From assembly GCA_951406725.2 (NCBI GenBank), contig OX597843.1:19344001-19408000 (forward strand): a DNA stretch of 64,000 bases, in the 5' to 3' direction. The first letter of the stretch is position 1, and every line of letters begins with the position of its first letter. The translations under genes were made by a program, and so were the position numbers. Below the pieces are notes generated by a model. The model saw only the letters and a list, made by a program, of their open reading frames with translations. It ran no database searches and was not told where the DNA came from. This DNA is from Octopus vulgaris (lineage: Eukaryota). Positions 13,036 to 26,056 of the stretch are shown one piece after another.

Positions 13036-13350
13036 GAAGGCGCATGGCTCAGTGGTTAGAGCATCAAGCTTATGATCGTGAGGTTGTGAGTTCGATTCCC
13101 GGACTGGGCTGTGTGTTGTGTACTTGAGCAAGACACTTTATTTCACATTGCTCCAATTTTACTCAGCTGTAGAAATGAGTTGTGACGTCACAGGTGCCAA
13201 GCTATATTGGCCCCTTTGCCTTTCCCTTGGATAACACTGGTGGTGTGGAGAAGGGAGGCCAGTATAAAACAACCTTGCCCGGACTTGTGCCTGAGAGGGT
13301 AACTTTCTAGGTGCAATCCTATGGTCTGTGTCATGACTGAAGTGGCTTTC
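13036..13350 (+). mobile_element. tRNA-derived CORE-like SINE (family D)
   Basis: A box tggctcagtgg, B box gttcgattcc, then cttgagcaagacactt CORE-like segment. Partial copies at ~12097-12230, ~30685-30765 and ~54560-54690 (-). Confidence 0.75.
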
Positions 13351-13369
13351 AAATATATACACATATGTA

Positions 13370-14682
13370 TACAAGTAAATTAGTAATGAGTAAATTAGTG
13401 CCATTTTATATTTTTAATTTTGAGTATGCACATTGTTTGTTTTTGGTTTTGTTGACTACACAGTATAGTAGGGTCAGTTGGGCACCGTCTGTGAGAAAAA
13501 CAGCACTATGATGCAATTCACTCTGCCAGAAACTTGGAAACGACATGCTGCACTGTTTGGTATTCATGCTGGAAGCTCCAATATGAACATTCCAGAGTGT
13601 TTGGGTGTCAAATCTGGGGACAGTGCAGAGGATTCTGAAAGAGTTGGATGAGTCTAATGGTGAGTGCAAAGGAGTTTGGAGTGATCCCTATTGATGGCAA
13701 TGTTATGCCTCCATTCATCTTCCCACACAGCCTCAGACTCAACATGGAGGCCTACAGCAAGTGCCTGGAGGAGGTAGTGCTGCTCTGAGTCAAGAGGGTG
13801 GCTGCTGGACCCTATGTCTGGCAACAGGGCTCTGCACCATGCTATGCAAGCAGGAGAACCCAGTCATGGCTCTCAGACAATTTCTGTAACCACACCTCCC
13901 TTAACATCTGACCACCTAACTCCCCAGACTGCAACCCCTTGATTATTATAGTAGGGTGCAGTTGAGCGAGAGACCAACAAAACTCCTTGCAACACCAAAG
14001 ATGAAATGAAGGCAAGGATTATGGCAGCATTTACCAACCTAAACAAGATCATTCGGAAGAGTTGCAGGAGATTCTGAAGTCATCTGGAGGCCATGGTTGA
14101 AGCCAATGGTAATTTTATTGAATAGATTTACTCTTTAATATTTCAAGATATTTCTATGCAATTCTGGTAAATCTATCTGTTAAAACGAGATGTCAGAGTT
14201 ATTTTCATTTTTGTAAAAGCACGTAAAAGCACCATCCGCTCGTGTTTGTTGCCAGCCTCGGCTGGCCCCGTGCCGGTGACACATAAAAGCACCATCCGCT
14301 CGTGTTTGTTGCCAGCCTCGGCTGGCCCCGTGCCGGTGACACATAAAAGCACCATCCGCTCGTGTTTGTTGCCAGCCTCGGCTGGCCCCGTGCTGGTGAC
14401 ACGTAAAAGCACCATCCGTTCGTGGCCGTTGTGCCAGCTCTGTCTGGCACCTGTGCAGGTGGCACCTAAAAAACACCCACTACACTCGCGGAGTGGTTGG
14501 CATTAGGAAGGGCATCCAGCCGTAGAAACACTGCCAAATCTGACTGGGCCTGATGAAGCCTTCCGGCTTCACAGACCCCAGTTAAACCGTCCAACCCATG
14601 CTAGCATGGAAAACGGACGCTAAATGATGATGATGATGATGATGATGTGTAATTTAGACAATTTATTCACTGCATCCTGTAT
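13370..14682 (+). mobile_element. Tc1/mariner-superfamily transposon remnant interrupted by an RTE tail
   Basis: Degenerate QQDSAP and WPPNSPDCNPLDYY motifs; right end ..attcactgcatcctgta. Confidence 0.8.
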
Positions 14683-15123
14683 ATAAATATAATATAACAA
14701 GATTCTGTTAAATAAGGTACACAAACTTGAGGCATACAGAAACTTTTAGATATATACCAGTTTTGGTATAGAATTACTGGCAGAATGATATTTGGGTAAT
14801 GTATGCAGTTAATTGGCCACAACTGACTATACAAACTGATCCTGAACTATTGAGACATGTAGAGTTGATTTAGTAACACAGGCCATAATATACTTCAGAA
14901 CATCTACGAGACTTGTTCTGAAGGAGGCGAATTAAAAATAAATAAGTGACAATCCATTATGGCCATTTCTAATGAATTTTTAAATTGGTTAATGAGACAT
15001 TATATCATTAAAAAAAAAAACCTGTTTTCTTCAAATGAATAACATGAATCTTTCAATCAAAGACATTTAAAATGATTGATCTATATATATAAACATACAT
15101 ATAAACACACACACACACACACA

Positions 15124-15880
15124 TCTCTGTCTGGCAACCGTGTCGGTGGCACGTAAAAGCACCGTCCGTTCGTGGCCGTTTGCCAGCTCTGTCTGGCCCC
15201 GTGTCGGTGGCACGTAAAAGCACCATCCGTTCGTGGCCATTTGCCAGCTCTGTCTGGCCCCGTGTCGGTGGCACGTAAAAGCACCTTCCATTCGTGGCTG
15301 TTTGCCAGCTCTGTCTGGCCCCGTGTCGGTGGCACGTAAAAGCACCGTCCGTTCGTGGCCGTTTGCCAGCTCTGTCTGGCCCCGTGTCGGTGGCACGTAA
15401 AAGCACCGTCCGTTCGTGGCCGTTTGCCAGCTCTGTCTGGCCCCGTGTCGGTGGCACGTAAAAGCACCTTCCGTTCGTGGCCGTTTGCCAGCTCTGTCTG
15501 GCCCCGTGTCGGTGGCACGTAAAAGCACCTTCCGTTCGTGGCCGTTTGCCAGCTCTGTCTGGCCCCGTGTCGGTGGCACGTAAAAGCACCGTCCGTTCGT
15601 GGCCGTTTGCCAGCTCTGTCTGGCCCCGTGTCGGTGGCACGTAAAAGCACCATCCGTTCGTGGCCGTTTGCCAGCTCTGTCTGGCACCTGTGCAGGTGGC
15701 ACGTAAAAAACACCCACTACACTCTCAGAGTGGTTGGCGTTAGGAAGGGCATCCAGCCGTAGAAACACTGCCAGATCTGGCTGGGCCTGATGAAGCCTTC
15801 CAGCTTCACAGACCCCAGTTGACCCATCCAACCCATGCTAGCATGGAAAGCAGACGCTAAATGATGATGATGATGATGAT
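15124..15880 (+). mobile_element. RTE 3'-end insertion with ~9 tandem 61-bp subunits
   Basis: 61-bp period (15186, 15247, ...) then the common tail and (GAT)n. About 20 RTE-tail copies occur in the window, e.g. 2140-2510, 3175-3528, 4103-4515, 14215-14646, 20109-20572, 25085-25610, 38490-39050, 48900-49300, 53760-54033, 55503-55800, 57945-58323. Confidence 0.88.
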
Positions 15881-16222
15881 ATGTTGTTGTTGTTTTTGTC
15901 TCATTTGGTCTAAAGTCGTATGACAACCACCGTTATATATATTTTGTTTATCCATTACTGTTTTCAATTTCGTTTTCGTCTCTCGTATTTACATCCGTCT
16001 CGTGCGTTCACATTCCTGTCTTCTACCAAGAAATCTAATGCTTACAGCTTAGTTTTTTTTCTTGGGGCTGGCCGAGTTGGAGCAAATATCAGAATTGAAC
16101 AGCCGAAATTTGCTATGATGGTTCGGTGTCTGACTGAAGATTGAAGGCTTCGAATGATTTGTCTGTGTTCCGTGTTCGTCCCTTCCTGTATTTCACGTTC
16201 ATTATATATAAAAACATTTATT

Positions 16223-16266
<44 letters not shown>

Positions 16267-16432
16267 TATAGCAGTTGTATACTGTCAACTTAGTGTGACA
16301 GTCTCATAAAGGGAATCACACCACTGCTATTTAGCCCTAGGAAGCATCAACACTTTCTGTCAGCCTTGACAATTTCCTGTGTCCTTATGTTTACAAGGGG
16401 CAGAGAAGCACCCCCACCCAGCTAAACCTCCA

Positions 16433-16474
16433 CCCAGAGACTAGTTTCTGAGTCTTGCTCGTCATCAGTCTGGG
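16433..16474 (-). ncRNA. Minimal type-I hammerhead ribozyme motif
   Basis: cccaga-CUGAUGA-cgagcaagacuca-GAAA-cuag-UC-ucuggg: 6-bp stem I, GAG/CUC stem II, palindromic stem III (ACUAGU), GUC site. Confidence 0.7.
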
Positions 16475-16649
16475 GTAGCCATGGCCTGCTAGCTGAAGAT
16501 GCCTGTCTAGACCTTGTAAACCTATATAATTTCAGTGAAGTAAATTCACTGATCACCAAAAATAGAAATATTAAATTTCTAAATATCTCAGAGAGATATA
16601 AGCAGGGGTGCAACCGTCAACTTAACGTTAAGTTGACAGTATACAATGT

Positions 16650-18960
16650 TCGGACGGTGCTTTTTACGTGCCACCTGCACAGGTATCTTAATTACAATTT
16701 CCATTTGATTTTCATTTTGATGTTGGTGTTGACGTACTTGACTCAATAGGTCTCCTCAAGAACAGCGGGTCACTCTACGATCCAAGGTTAGCACAGCAGG
16801 CCGTCCTGCAAGCCATGGACTCACTTCATTTGTTGGGTCTTCACAGTCACAGCATATCTCAGAGCTCTCGGTCTTTGTCATTTCCTCTGTGAGGCCCAAT
16901 GTGCCACTGGCACGGGTATCACAACTACAATATCCATTTGATTTTTATTTTGATGTTGATGTACTTGACACAATAGGTCTCTTCAAGCATAGCAGGTCAC
17001 CCTGCAAACCAAGTTTAGCACAGCAGGCCGTCCTGCAAGCCATGGACTCACTTCATTTGTTGGGTCTCGGTCTTTCGTCATAGCCTTTGTGAGGCTCAAA
17101 GTACAAAGGTCATGCTTGACCACCTCATCCCATGTCTTCCTGGGTCTACCTCTAACCCAGATTCCTTCAACAGTTTGGGAGTGGCACTTCTTCACACATC
17201 TCTCTTCATCCCTCCGTAGTACATGACCATACCAGCACAAACGTTTCTCCTGCACACTGCATCCAATGTTTCTTATACCCAACATTTCTCTCAGGGCGCT
17301 TACACTCTGTCGTGCATGGACACTGACATTACACATCCAGCGGATCATGCTAGCTTCATTTCTTTCAAGTCTACGCATGTCCTCTGCAGTCACAGCCCAT
17401 GTTTCACTGCTGTGAAGCATGGCAGTTCGCACACATGCATCGTACAATCTACCTTTCACTCAGAGAGAGAGACCCTTTGTTGCCAATAGGGGTAGGAGCT
17501 TTCTGAACTTTGCCCAGGCTATTCGTATTCTAGTGGTGACACTCTCTGAGCATCCACCCCTGCTACTAACTTGGTCACTTAGGTAGCAGAATCTATCAAC
17601 TACTTCTAGTTTCTTCCCCTGGAGTGTGATGGAATCTGTTTTCTGAGTATCTGTGTTGTCTATTGCCCCTGTGCATCTGCCAAACATGAAAGCTATCTTC
17701 TCGGTTAATTTTCCTTTGATATTGCTGCACCTCTTATGTGTCCATAGCTTACACTGGGTACATCTTATGGAGTTTCTACCTACACCTTTTCTGCTGATCG
17801 AGCAGGGCCACCTACATGAAGGGGTGTGTGGGGAGTTTGCCTTCCTACTTACTATAACTTTGGTCTTTGCTACATTGACTCTAAGGCCTTTTGATTCTAA
17901 ACCTAGCTTCCACACACAAAATTTCTTCTCTATTTCCAGTAGTGATTTTGCTTCGAGGGCTAAGTCATCAGCATAGAGGAACTCCCAGGGACAACCCGTT
18001 TTGAATTCCTCTGATATTGCCTGGAAGACTATGATAAATAAAAGGGGACTGAAGGCTGAACCTTGGTGGACCCCTACTTCTACCCGGAATTCTTCACTAT
18101 ATTTGTTGCCAATTCTAACTTTGCTAACGGCCTCTCTGTATAGGGCCTGTACAGCCCTTATTAACCATTCATCAATCTCCAGTTTCTGCATTGCCCACCG
18201 GATAAGGGATCGGGGGACCCTGTCAAAGGCTTTCTCCAAGTCCACGAAAGCTATGTAGAGGGGTTTATCTTTAGTTAGGTATTTCTCCTGCAGTTGTCGA
18301 ACCAGGAATATGGCATCGGTGGTGCTTCTACCCGGCACAAAACCGAACTGCATCTCATCTAAGCAAATTCTCTCCCTAATGAGATGAAACTTCCTCACCT
18401 GATCCAACAGTTTAATACCCCTGTAGTTATTCCTATCTAGAGCATCACCTTTACCCTTGTAACAGTTGACTATGGTGCTGATATGCCAGTCATTGGGTAT
18501 GACTCCATTATGAACTACCTGGTTTACAATGCGGGTGACTAGGCCACAGCCCACACCACCCGATGCTTTAAGCATCTCAGCAGTGATTCCTGTTTTCATA
18601 CCCTTAATTGCTTTATCTATTAGGGATCTGTCTATTCGGATAGCTGGTCCCTCAATTGGGTCAACATTTGGCAGGCTCTCCTCCTCCCATTCCTTCTCCA
18701 CATTCAGCAGTCTTTCATAATGGCTTCTCTAAGCCTCTTTCTTTTCAGAAACATTAAAAGCAAGTGCCCCATCATCCATGCGGATGCATTTCTCTCCTGT
18801 GACATCACAATTTTCTCTCACATATTGACTAGTAATCCGAAATACCTCAGTTCTTTGGTCCTCACGTTGCAGGACATTGGCAAACTTCTTCTTCTCCGCT
18901 TCGCTCTTGGCTATGTATACCTGCCGCCCAACCTCCCTTCTGACTACCTGGTACAGTTCC
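16650..18960 (-). mobile_element. RTE-clade LINE, ORF2 reverse transcriptase, decayed
   Basis: ORF 17460-18701 has NYRGIKLL, QFGFVPGRSTTDAIF, FVDLEKAFD, GVHQGS and YADD; continues after a stop (ETWA, RGRPRKTW). 3' UTR remnants at ~16650-17090. Confidence 0.93.
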
Positions 18961-19216
18961 CTATATATGTATGTATATATATATACAAAAAAAATTAACA
19001 GAATGAGATAAAAATCCGAGGCTGTGAAAGATTTCAGAACATTTATAAATAGGACTTACAGCTGTTTTCGGGATATTTTATACATCCCGTCATCAGAGAC
19101 GGTGTGAGAAGATGGTTAAGCAATAGTTATTCCAGATAAAATATGAAATAGAGAGTGAAGTAGAGGAATGAAAATAGATGTGAGATATGCAGGGATATTG
19201 TATCTTATATATATAT

Positions 19217-19284
<68 letters not shown>

Positions 19285-19371
19285 CGGAGATGTACTCGCA
19301 TAGCAAGTAATTTGATCTGAGATTGTGTGCTGAAACGAAAACAATTGCAGCGTGGAAGGTGTTTATAAGCC

Positions 19372-19756
19372 ACTAGCAGTATCGCCCGGCATTGCTCGTG
19401 TTTGTAAGGGAAATAACTATAAAGCATTTTTAGAGAGTTATAGCCAAAAAATAGCAAAAAAATGGAAAAAAAAATGAGGGTAAATTTTTTTTGAGAGTTA
19501 AAAGGGTCGAGTTGCGTCCCCTAGACAGTCTGTGGTTTGTGTTTCTGATTCTCGACCCCATGTCGAATTTATCGATTTTTTTCAGAACTGGGGGAACTTT
19601 TCAAAATTTTCGCTGCGTTAGTTTTGAATTATGACATTGGGCTATGTGTGTGTCAAGTTTCATCAGAATCGGTTGAAAGCCGTGGTCAGGGTGAGGGTAC
19701 AAGAAAACAGACACACAGAAACACGCACAGACAAACTGCCGTTTATATATAGAGAG

Positions 19757-19757
<1 letters not shown>
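19372..19757 (+). mobile_element. Helitron/Helentron-type non-autonomous element (DINE-1/HINE-like)
   Basis: actagc..cccggc..ttgctcg start; aagtttcatcagaatcgg, acagacacacaga microsatellite and tttatatatagagagat end. Confidence 0.65.
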
Positions 19758-19811
<54 letters not shown>

Positions 19812-19834
19812 TATATATGTGTGTGTGTGTGTGA

Positions 19835-20081
19835 GGAGGCGCGTGGCTTAGTGGTTAGGGTGTCAGCATCATGATCGTAAGATTTTGGTTTCGATTCCTG
19901 GACTGGGCAACGCGTTGTGTTCATGAGTAAAAAACTTCATTTCACTTTGCTCCAGTCCACTCAACTGGCAAAAAGGAGTAACGCTGCACTGGACTGGCGT
20001 CCCATCCAGATGGAGACACATACACCATTGAAACTGGGAAACCAGGCCCATGAGCCTGGCTAGGCTTTAAAAGGGTGCATT
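19835..20081 (+). mobile_element. tRNA-derived SINE with a V-domain-like segment
   Basis: Head/CORE-like part shared with family D, then tggactggcgtcccatccag...gaaactggg, which resembles the V-SINE central domain (from memory, unverified). Confidence 0.6.
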
Positions 20082-20564
20082 TAGTTATATTTTATATATA
20101 TATATATATCATCATCATCATCATCATCATCGTTTAACGTCCGCTTTCCATGCTAGCATGGGTTGGACGGTTCAACTGGAGTCTGGGGAGCCCGAAGGCT
20201 GCACCAGGCCAGTCAGATCTGGCAGTGTTTCTACAGCTGGATGCCCTTCCTAACGCCAACCACTCCGAGAGTGTAGTGGGTGATTTTATGTGCCACCGAC
20301 ACAGGTGCCAGACGAGGCTGGTAGACGGCCACGCTCGGATGGTGTTTTTTATGTGCCACCGACACAGGTGCCAGACGAGGCTGGCAGACGGCCACGCTCG
20401 GATGGTGTTTTTTATGTGCCACCGACACAGGTGCCAGACGAGGCTGGCAGACGGCCACGCTCGGATGGTGTTTTTTATGTGCCACCGACACAGGTGCCAG
20501 ACGAGGCTGGCAGACGGCCACGATTGGATGGTGTTTTTTATGTGCCACCGACACATAAAATCAC

Positions 20565-21025
<461 letters not shown>

Positions 21026-21179
21026 ATGCACGCTAGTATGTGCGCACGCGCGTCGCCTGTGCATGTATGTATTAACGTTAACTGCTGCTGATTTCTTCCC
21101 TCCTCTTCATTTATATTTTTCCTATTTTTATGTTTCTCTCGTCACACAACTTTTTTCCTCTTATTTACTTTCCTTTTAA

Positions 21180-21452
21180 CTTTTTTTCTTTCTTCTCCCT
21201 CGAAATACGAAACAACCACCGACACAAACGGCTAATTCAACGTCTGGCTCTACACGACGCACGCACGCACACACACATGTCTTCACTCGAGCTCCACTCA
21301 CACTCAGAGAGAGCAGCGCAACCCGTCATGGTTATCTGAGACTCAAGGACAGTCTGGCTTCTTCTGTGAAACATCGACGAACATCACAGAGAGAGAGAGA
21401 GAGAGAGGCTGTCGGATCGTCCTCCCGGTAGCACACAACCCGGCATACACAC
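21180..21452 (+). promoter_or_regulatory. Probable promoter/5' UTR of the AFG3L2-like gene
   Basis: Unique, CpG-containing sequence directly upstream of the putative start codon, between large microsatellite blocks. No TSS data. Confidence 0.35.
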
Positions 21453-21542
21453 ATGGTTTACCCTTACATTGGTCTCTTACCTGGTCGTCTCGCCGCCCTT
21501 ACCAGGAGGGTCTCACTCCAGTCCGTCTCCTCCGGTCGCAAG
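21453..21542 (+). CDS. AFG3L2: AFG3L2-like m-AAA protease, probable coding exon 1 (mitochondrial targeting peptide-like)
   Basis: ATG...MVYPYIGLLPGRLAALTRRVSLQSVSSGRK is Arg/Ser/Leu-rich with no acidic residues. AG|GTCAGT donor, phase 0 fits the exon at 39424; CpG-richer unique context. Confidence 0.6.
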
Positions 21543-21762
21543 GTCAGTCGATCCTTTTTCCTCTCGATTTTCCTCTCGGTTTTTCCGGGGCTTTCGGGGG
21601 TGGAATTTTGTAGGTTTCTCTTTTGGGGATCTCTGAGTCTGTGTAGAAGTGCTTGTGTGTTTAGGAGGATCTCTCATATTGCTGCATGGGTATATGTATT
21701 ATATTAATGTATATACCCATACATGTGTGTATACACACACACACACACACACACATATATAC

Positions 21763-21844
<82 letters not shown>

Positions 21845-21934
21845 TATACACACACACACATATATATATATGTATATATACATATATATATACACGTATA
21901 TATATATATATAATATATATATATATATATACAC

Positions 21935-22007
<73 letters not shown>

Positions 22008-22784
22008 GTACTGTACGTTTTGTATAATGTTTGTTTATAATGCGTGTCTATAATATATCTTTCAAAGGGATATACGTTTGTGTATAAATGTATGTTGGTA
22101 GGTGTTTGTGTGTATATATATATATATATATATATTTGTGTACGTAAATGCGTATGTATATACTTGTATATGTGTATATATGTTATACGTAATGTACATA
22201 TGTATGTTTGTTCATTATGCATATATATATAAATGCATGTGTCGATATATATGTTCGTGTGTGTATATTTGGGTATGTATATATATATATATATATCAAT
22301 ATACGTATATATATATACATACATATATACATCATGTATATGTGTGCACGTGTGTGTGTGTGTGTATGTATATATGTTTATATAATCCGTTTGTGTGAGT
22401 TTGTGTATATATATATATATATATAGACATATACACCCAAGTATGCCCTCTGTGTGTAATCAGAGGCATGCCTAATTGTATATATAACACCTTATATACA
22501 CTCAGGGTTGCAATTATATTAATGTTTCTCTTAATCTTTACAAGGAAAAAGTTTGACTGACTTTGAACTTTCGGCTTGCTAAAAGCAGCAGCCAAATTAC
22601 CCTCAGAATTAGTCACAATAATAATAATGATGCAACACATACGGACTGTACAGTCATCGATTTACAAAAAGATTAATAAAACGGGATGGGCACAGCTGGA
22701 ATGCCGTGCCCTCAGGGCCATTCTATTGTAGCAGAATATAGCTGAGTCTCAACCACTTGACCTCTGATATAACTGACCACTGAC

Positions 22785-22890
<106 letters not shown>

Positions 22891-23072
22891 TATATATATC
22901 CTTGATCGATCTCTCTCAATTTGTGTATATAAATATATATATATATATAATACATATATATATATCCTTGATCGATCTCTCTCAATTTGTGTATATATAT
23001 ATATAGATATATAGATATATATATAAATCCTCTTTAAGGGATGTCAGCATCCAAGTTCTTTTTCTCACACAC

Positions 23073-23103
<31 letters not shown>

Positions 23104-25052
23104 TATAGAGAGAGGGAGTGTGAGTGAGTGAATGGTGTATAATTACATCTCTACCTGTGTATGTGTGTCTATATATATATATATATCTGGACGCAGGCAT
23201 GGTCGAGTGGTAAAAAAGTTCGTTTCACAAGAAACATCGGGTTCGGTCCCACTTCGCGGTACCCCGTGGAAAAAAAATTATTTTTCTTTTTATAATCCCG
23301 GACCAATCCAGGTTCTTTTGAATGAAATTAGGTAGATGGAAACTGTGTGGAAGCCTCTTTGTTCCGGTCTCGTCACACAGGTATTGTCTGAGGACTACTC
23401 AGCCAGTAAGTAGAGTTATACTATGAACCACTGGAATATTCATCGTCGAAGCTGACGGAGATCCTCCAACTTCTGTCTATATAGACGGCTTTTGCTGTTT
23501 TCTATATATATGAAGGTCCACGCGCGAGATATAGATAAATGATTAGATGAGTATAGCAGAGTGCCCCTACGTGGCCACTTTGTTTGCTAGAAATAGATCC
23601 TAAATGTCCCTCAGTCTAATTCACCCTTTATTATCTTTGAAAGGGGAACGGCACCTGTATGACAGACTCCTTACACAATCACTTCGTCCTCTAAAAATAG
23701 CCCTTAAATACCTTAATTCACCCTCTAACGTCATTGAGAATGGAAGGACACTTGTGGAAGCCACTTAATTAAACTCACTCTCTACCGTCTTTGAAAGTGG
23801 AAGGACACTTGTGTCATAGTCACCACCACCACCACCATCCCATGCAGTTACTTCGTTTGCTAGAAATCGCCCCTAAATCTACCTCATTTTAATTCACCTA
23901 CTTCTTTCTTTGCGGGTGTATATCTTCGATAATAGAATGCAACAGGAATGAATGGTTCTAACGGTGTAGCTTATGTAATGTGTCCATGCACACTCGTTAT
24001 ATAAGCTCATGGTGTACTAAAAGAACGTGTGTGTGTGTGTGTGTGTGTGAATAATATACTCTTTTACTCTTTCACTTGTTTCAGTCATTTGACTGCGGCC
24101 ATGCTGGAGCACCACCTTTTAGTACTTATTCTATCGGTCTCTTTTTGCCGAACCGCTAAGTGACGGGGACCTAAACACACCAGCATCGGTTGTCAAGCGA
24201 TGCTAGGGGGACAAACACAGACACACAAAACCACATACACACACACATATATATACATATATACGACAGGCTTCTTTCAGTTTCCGTCTACCAAATCCAC
24301 TCACAAGGCATTGGTCGGCCCAGGGCTATAGCAGAAGACACTTGCCCAAGATGCCACGCAGTGGGACTGAACCTGCAACTGTGTGGTTGGTTAGCAAGCT
24401 ACTTACCACACAAATATTTATACGTAAAATCTGTGTTTTACTTGTTTCTCTCAGACTGCGCCCATGCTGGGGCACCGCCTTGAACTTTTGGTCGAATGAA
24501 TCGACCTCAGTACTTATTTTTTAAAAGCCTGGTACTTATTCCATCGGTCTCTTTTACCAAACCGCTAAGTTACGGTTGTCAAGTGGTAAAGGGTGGGGGG
24601 GGGACAAACACAATCACACACACACAATATATATATACGACGGGCTTCTTTCAAGTTTCCGCCTACCAAATCACAATTTTTTTTCAAAAATTTCTAATTT
24701 CATCTTGTAGTTACATTTTGTGTATTTGTGCAAATCCACCAAAATTTAATTTCTCTTTATTTTCATATTAAATTCCGATATAATCGCATTCTACACAATC
24801 TGTAAGATGTTTTTAGAAAATTTCACTAAGAAACTAACCCATTTTTCTCAATGTCGTGAGGAAACAAATCCGAATCGTGTGCATGTTCCGAAACTCCACA
24901 CCCCACCCTCGGAAAAAATATTTTTATCACTTTTCTGATATAATGGGAATCTACACCATCTGAAGCAAATTTGTTGAATATTACATTTACAAATATCCGT
25001 TTTCCTAAAAGTTATGAGGAAACAAAGTTGGGGGCACACATGTGGAGGTATG

Positions 25053-25086
<34 letters not shown>

Positions 25087-25633
25087 TCATCATCATCATC
25101 ATCATCGTTTAACGTCCGCTTTCCATGCTAGCATGGGTTGGACGGTTCAGCTGGGGTCTGGGGAGCCCGAAGGCTGCACCAGGCCAGTCAGATCTGGCAG
25201 TGTTTCTACAGCTGGATGCCCTTCCTAACGCCAACCACTCTGAGAGTGTAGTGGGTGATTTTATGTGCCACCGACACAGGTGCCAGACGAGGCTGGCGAA
25301 CGGCCACGATCGGATGGTGTTTGTTACATGCCCACAACACGGAGGCCAGTCGATGCAGTACTGGCTACGGCCATGTTCGGATGGTTTTCTTATGTGCCAC
25401 CGGCACTGGTACCACAAAGATACAAATTCCATTGATGTTCATCTATTTTGATTTGGTTTGATTTTCACTTGCCTCAACAGGTCTTCACAAGTGTCCCAAG
25501 AAAGAAGGTATGCACAGGTGGACTGACTACATCCCAGGTAGGGGCCACGGGTTATGGCCTCACTAGTCTTGCCGGGTCTACTCACGCACAGCATACTTCC
25601 ATAGGTCTCATATATATATATATATATATATAC

Positions 25634-25670
<37 letters not shown>

Positions 25671-26056
25671 ACAAAAGCTGTTCGATTCACTTCAACATTT
25701 AAGTTTAATTTGTCAAAATTTTTCATAACTTTAAGACCGTGACCTGTTCACTGACAAAAATCCATGCACCACGGATTATTGTCAGCGAACAGGTTGATCT
25801 CAGATCAAATCACTTGCTATGTAAGTACATCTCCATAATATATATATATGCATATTTCTATAAATAGGGATAAGATTGTTATTTAAATACCGATCTTATC
25901 AGGTGGCCAGCATGGGGGAATAAAAACCTTCAAAGGTAATCATTATTATTAAAATTATAATTTAGGGTATCTAAGAGATACCTCCACGCTGGAAATATCA
26001 GCCAAAACTTGAATCTGAATACAAATATTAGTATTTATGTACTGCATATATTCCAC

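Noticed and set aside
15124-15690. CRISPR-like regular repeats (also 33440-34086, 34370-34700, 20284-20560)
   Set aside because: Contiguous tandem units with no unique spacers and no cas genes; eukaryotic context; most derive from LINE sequence.
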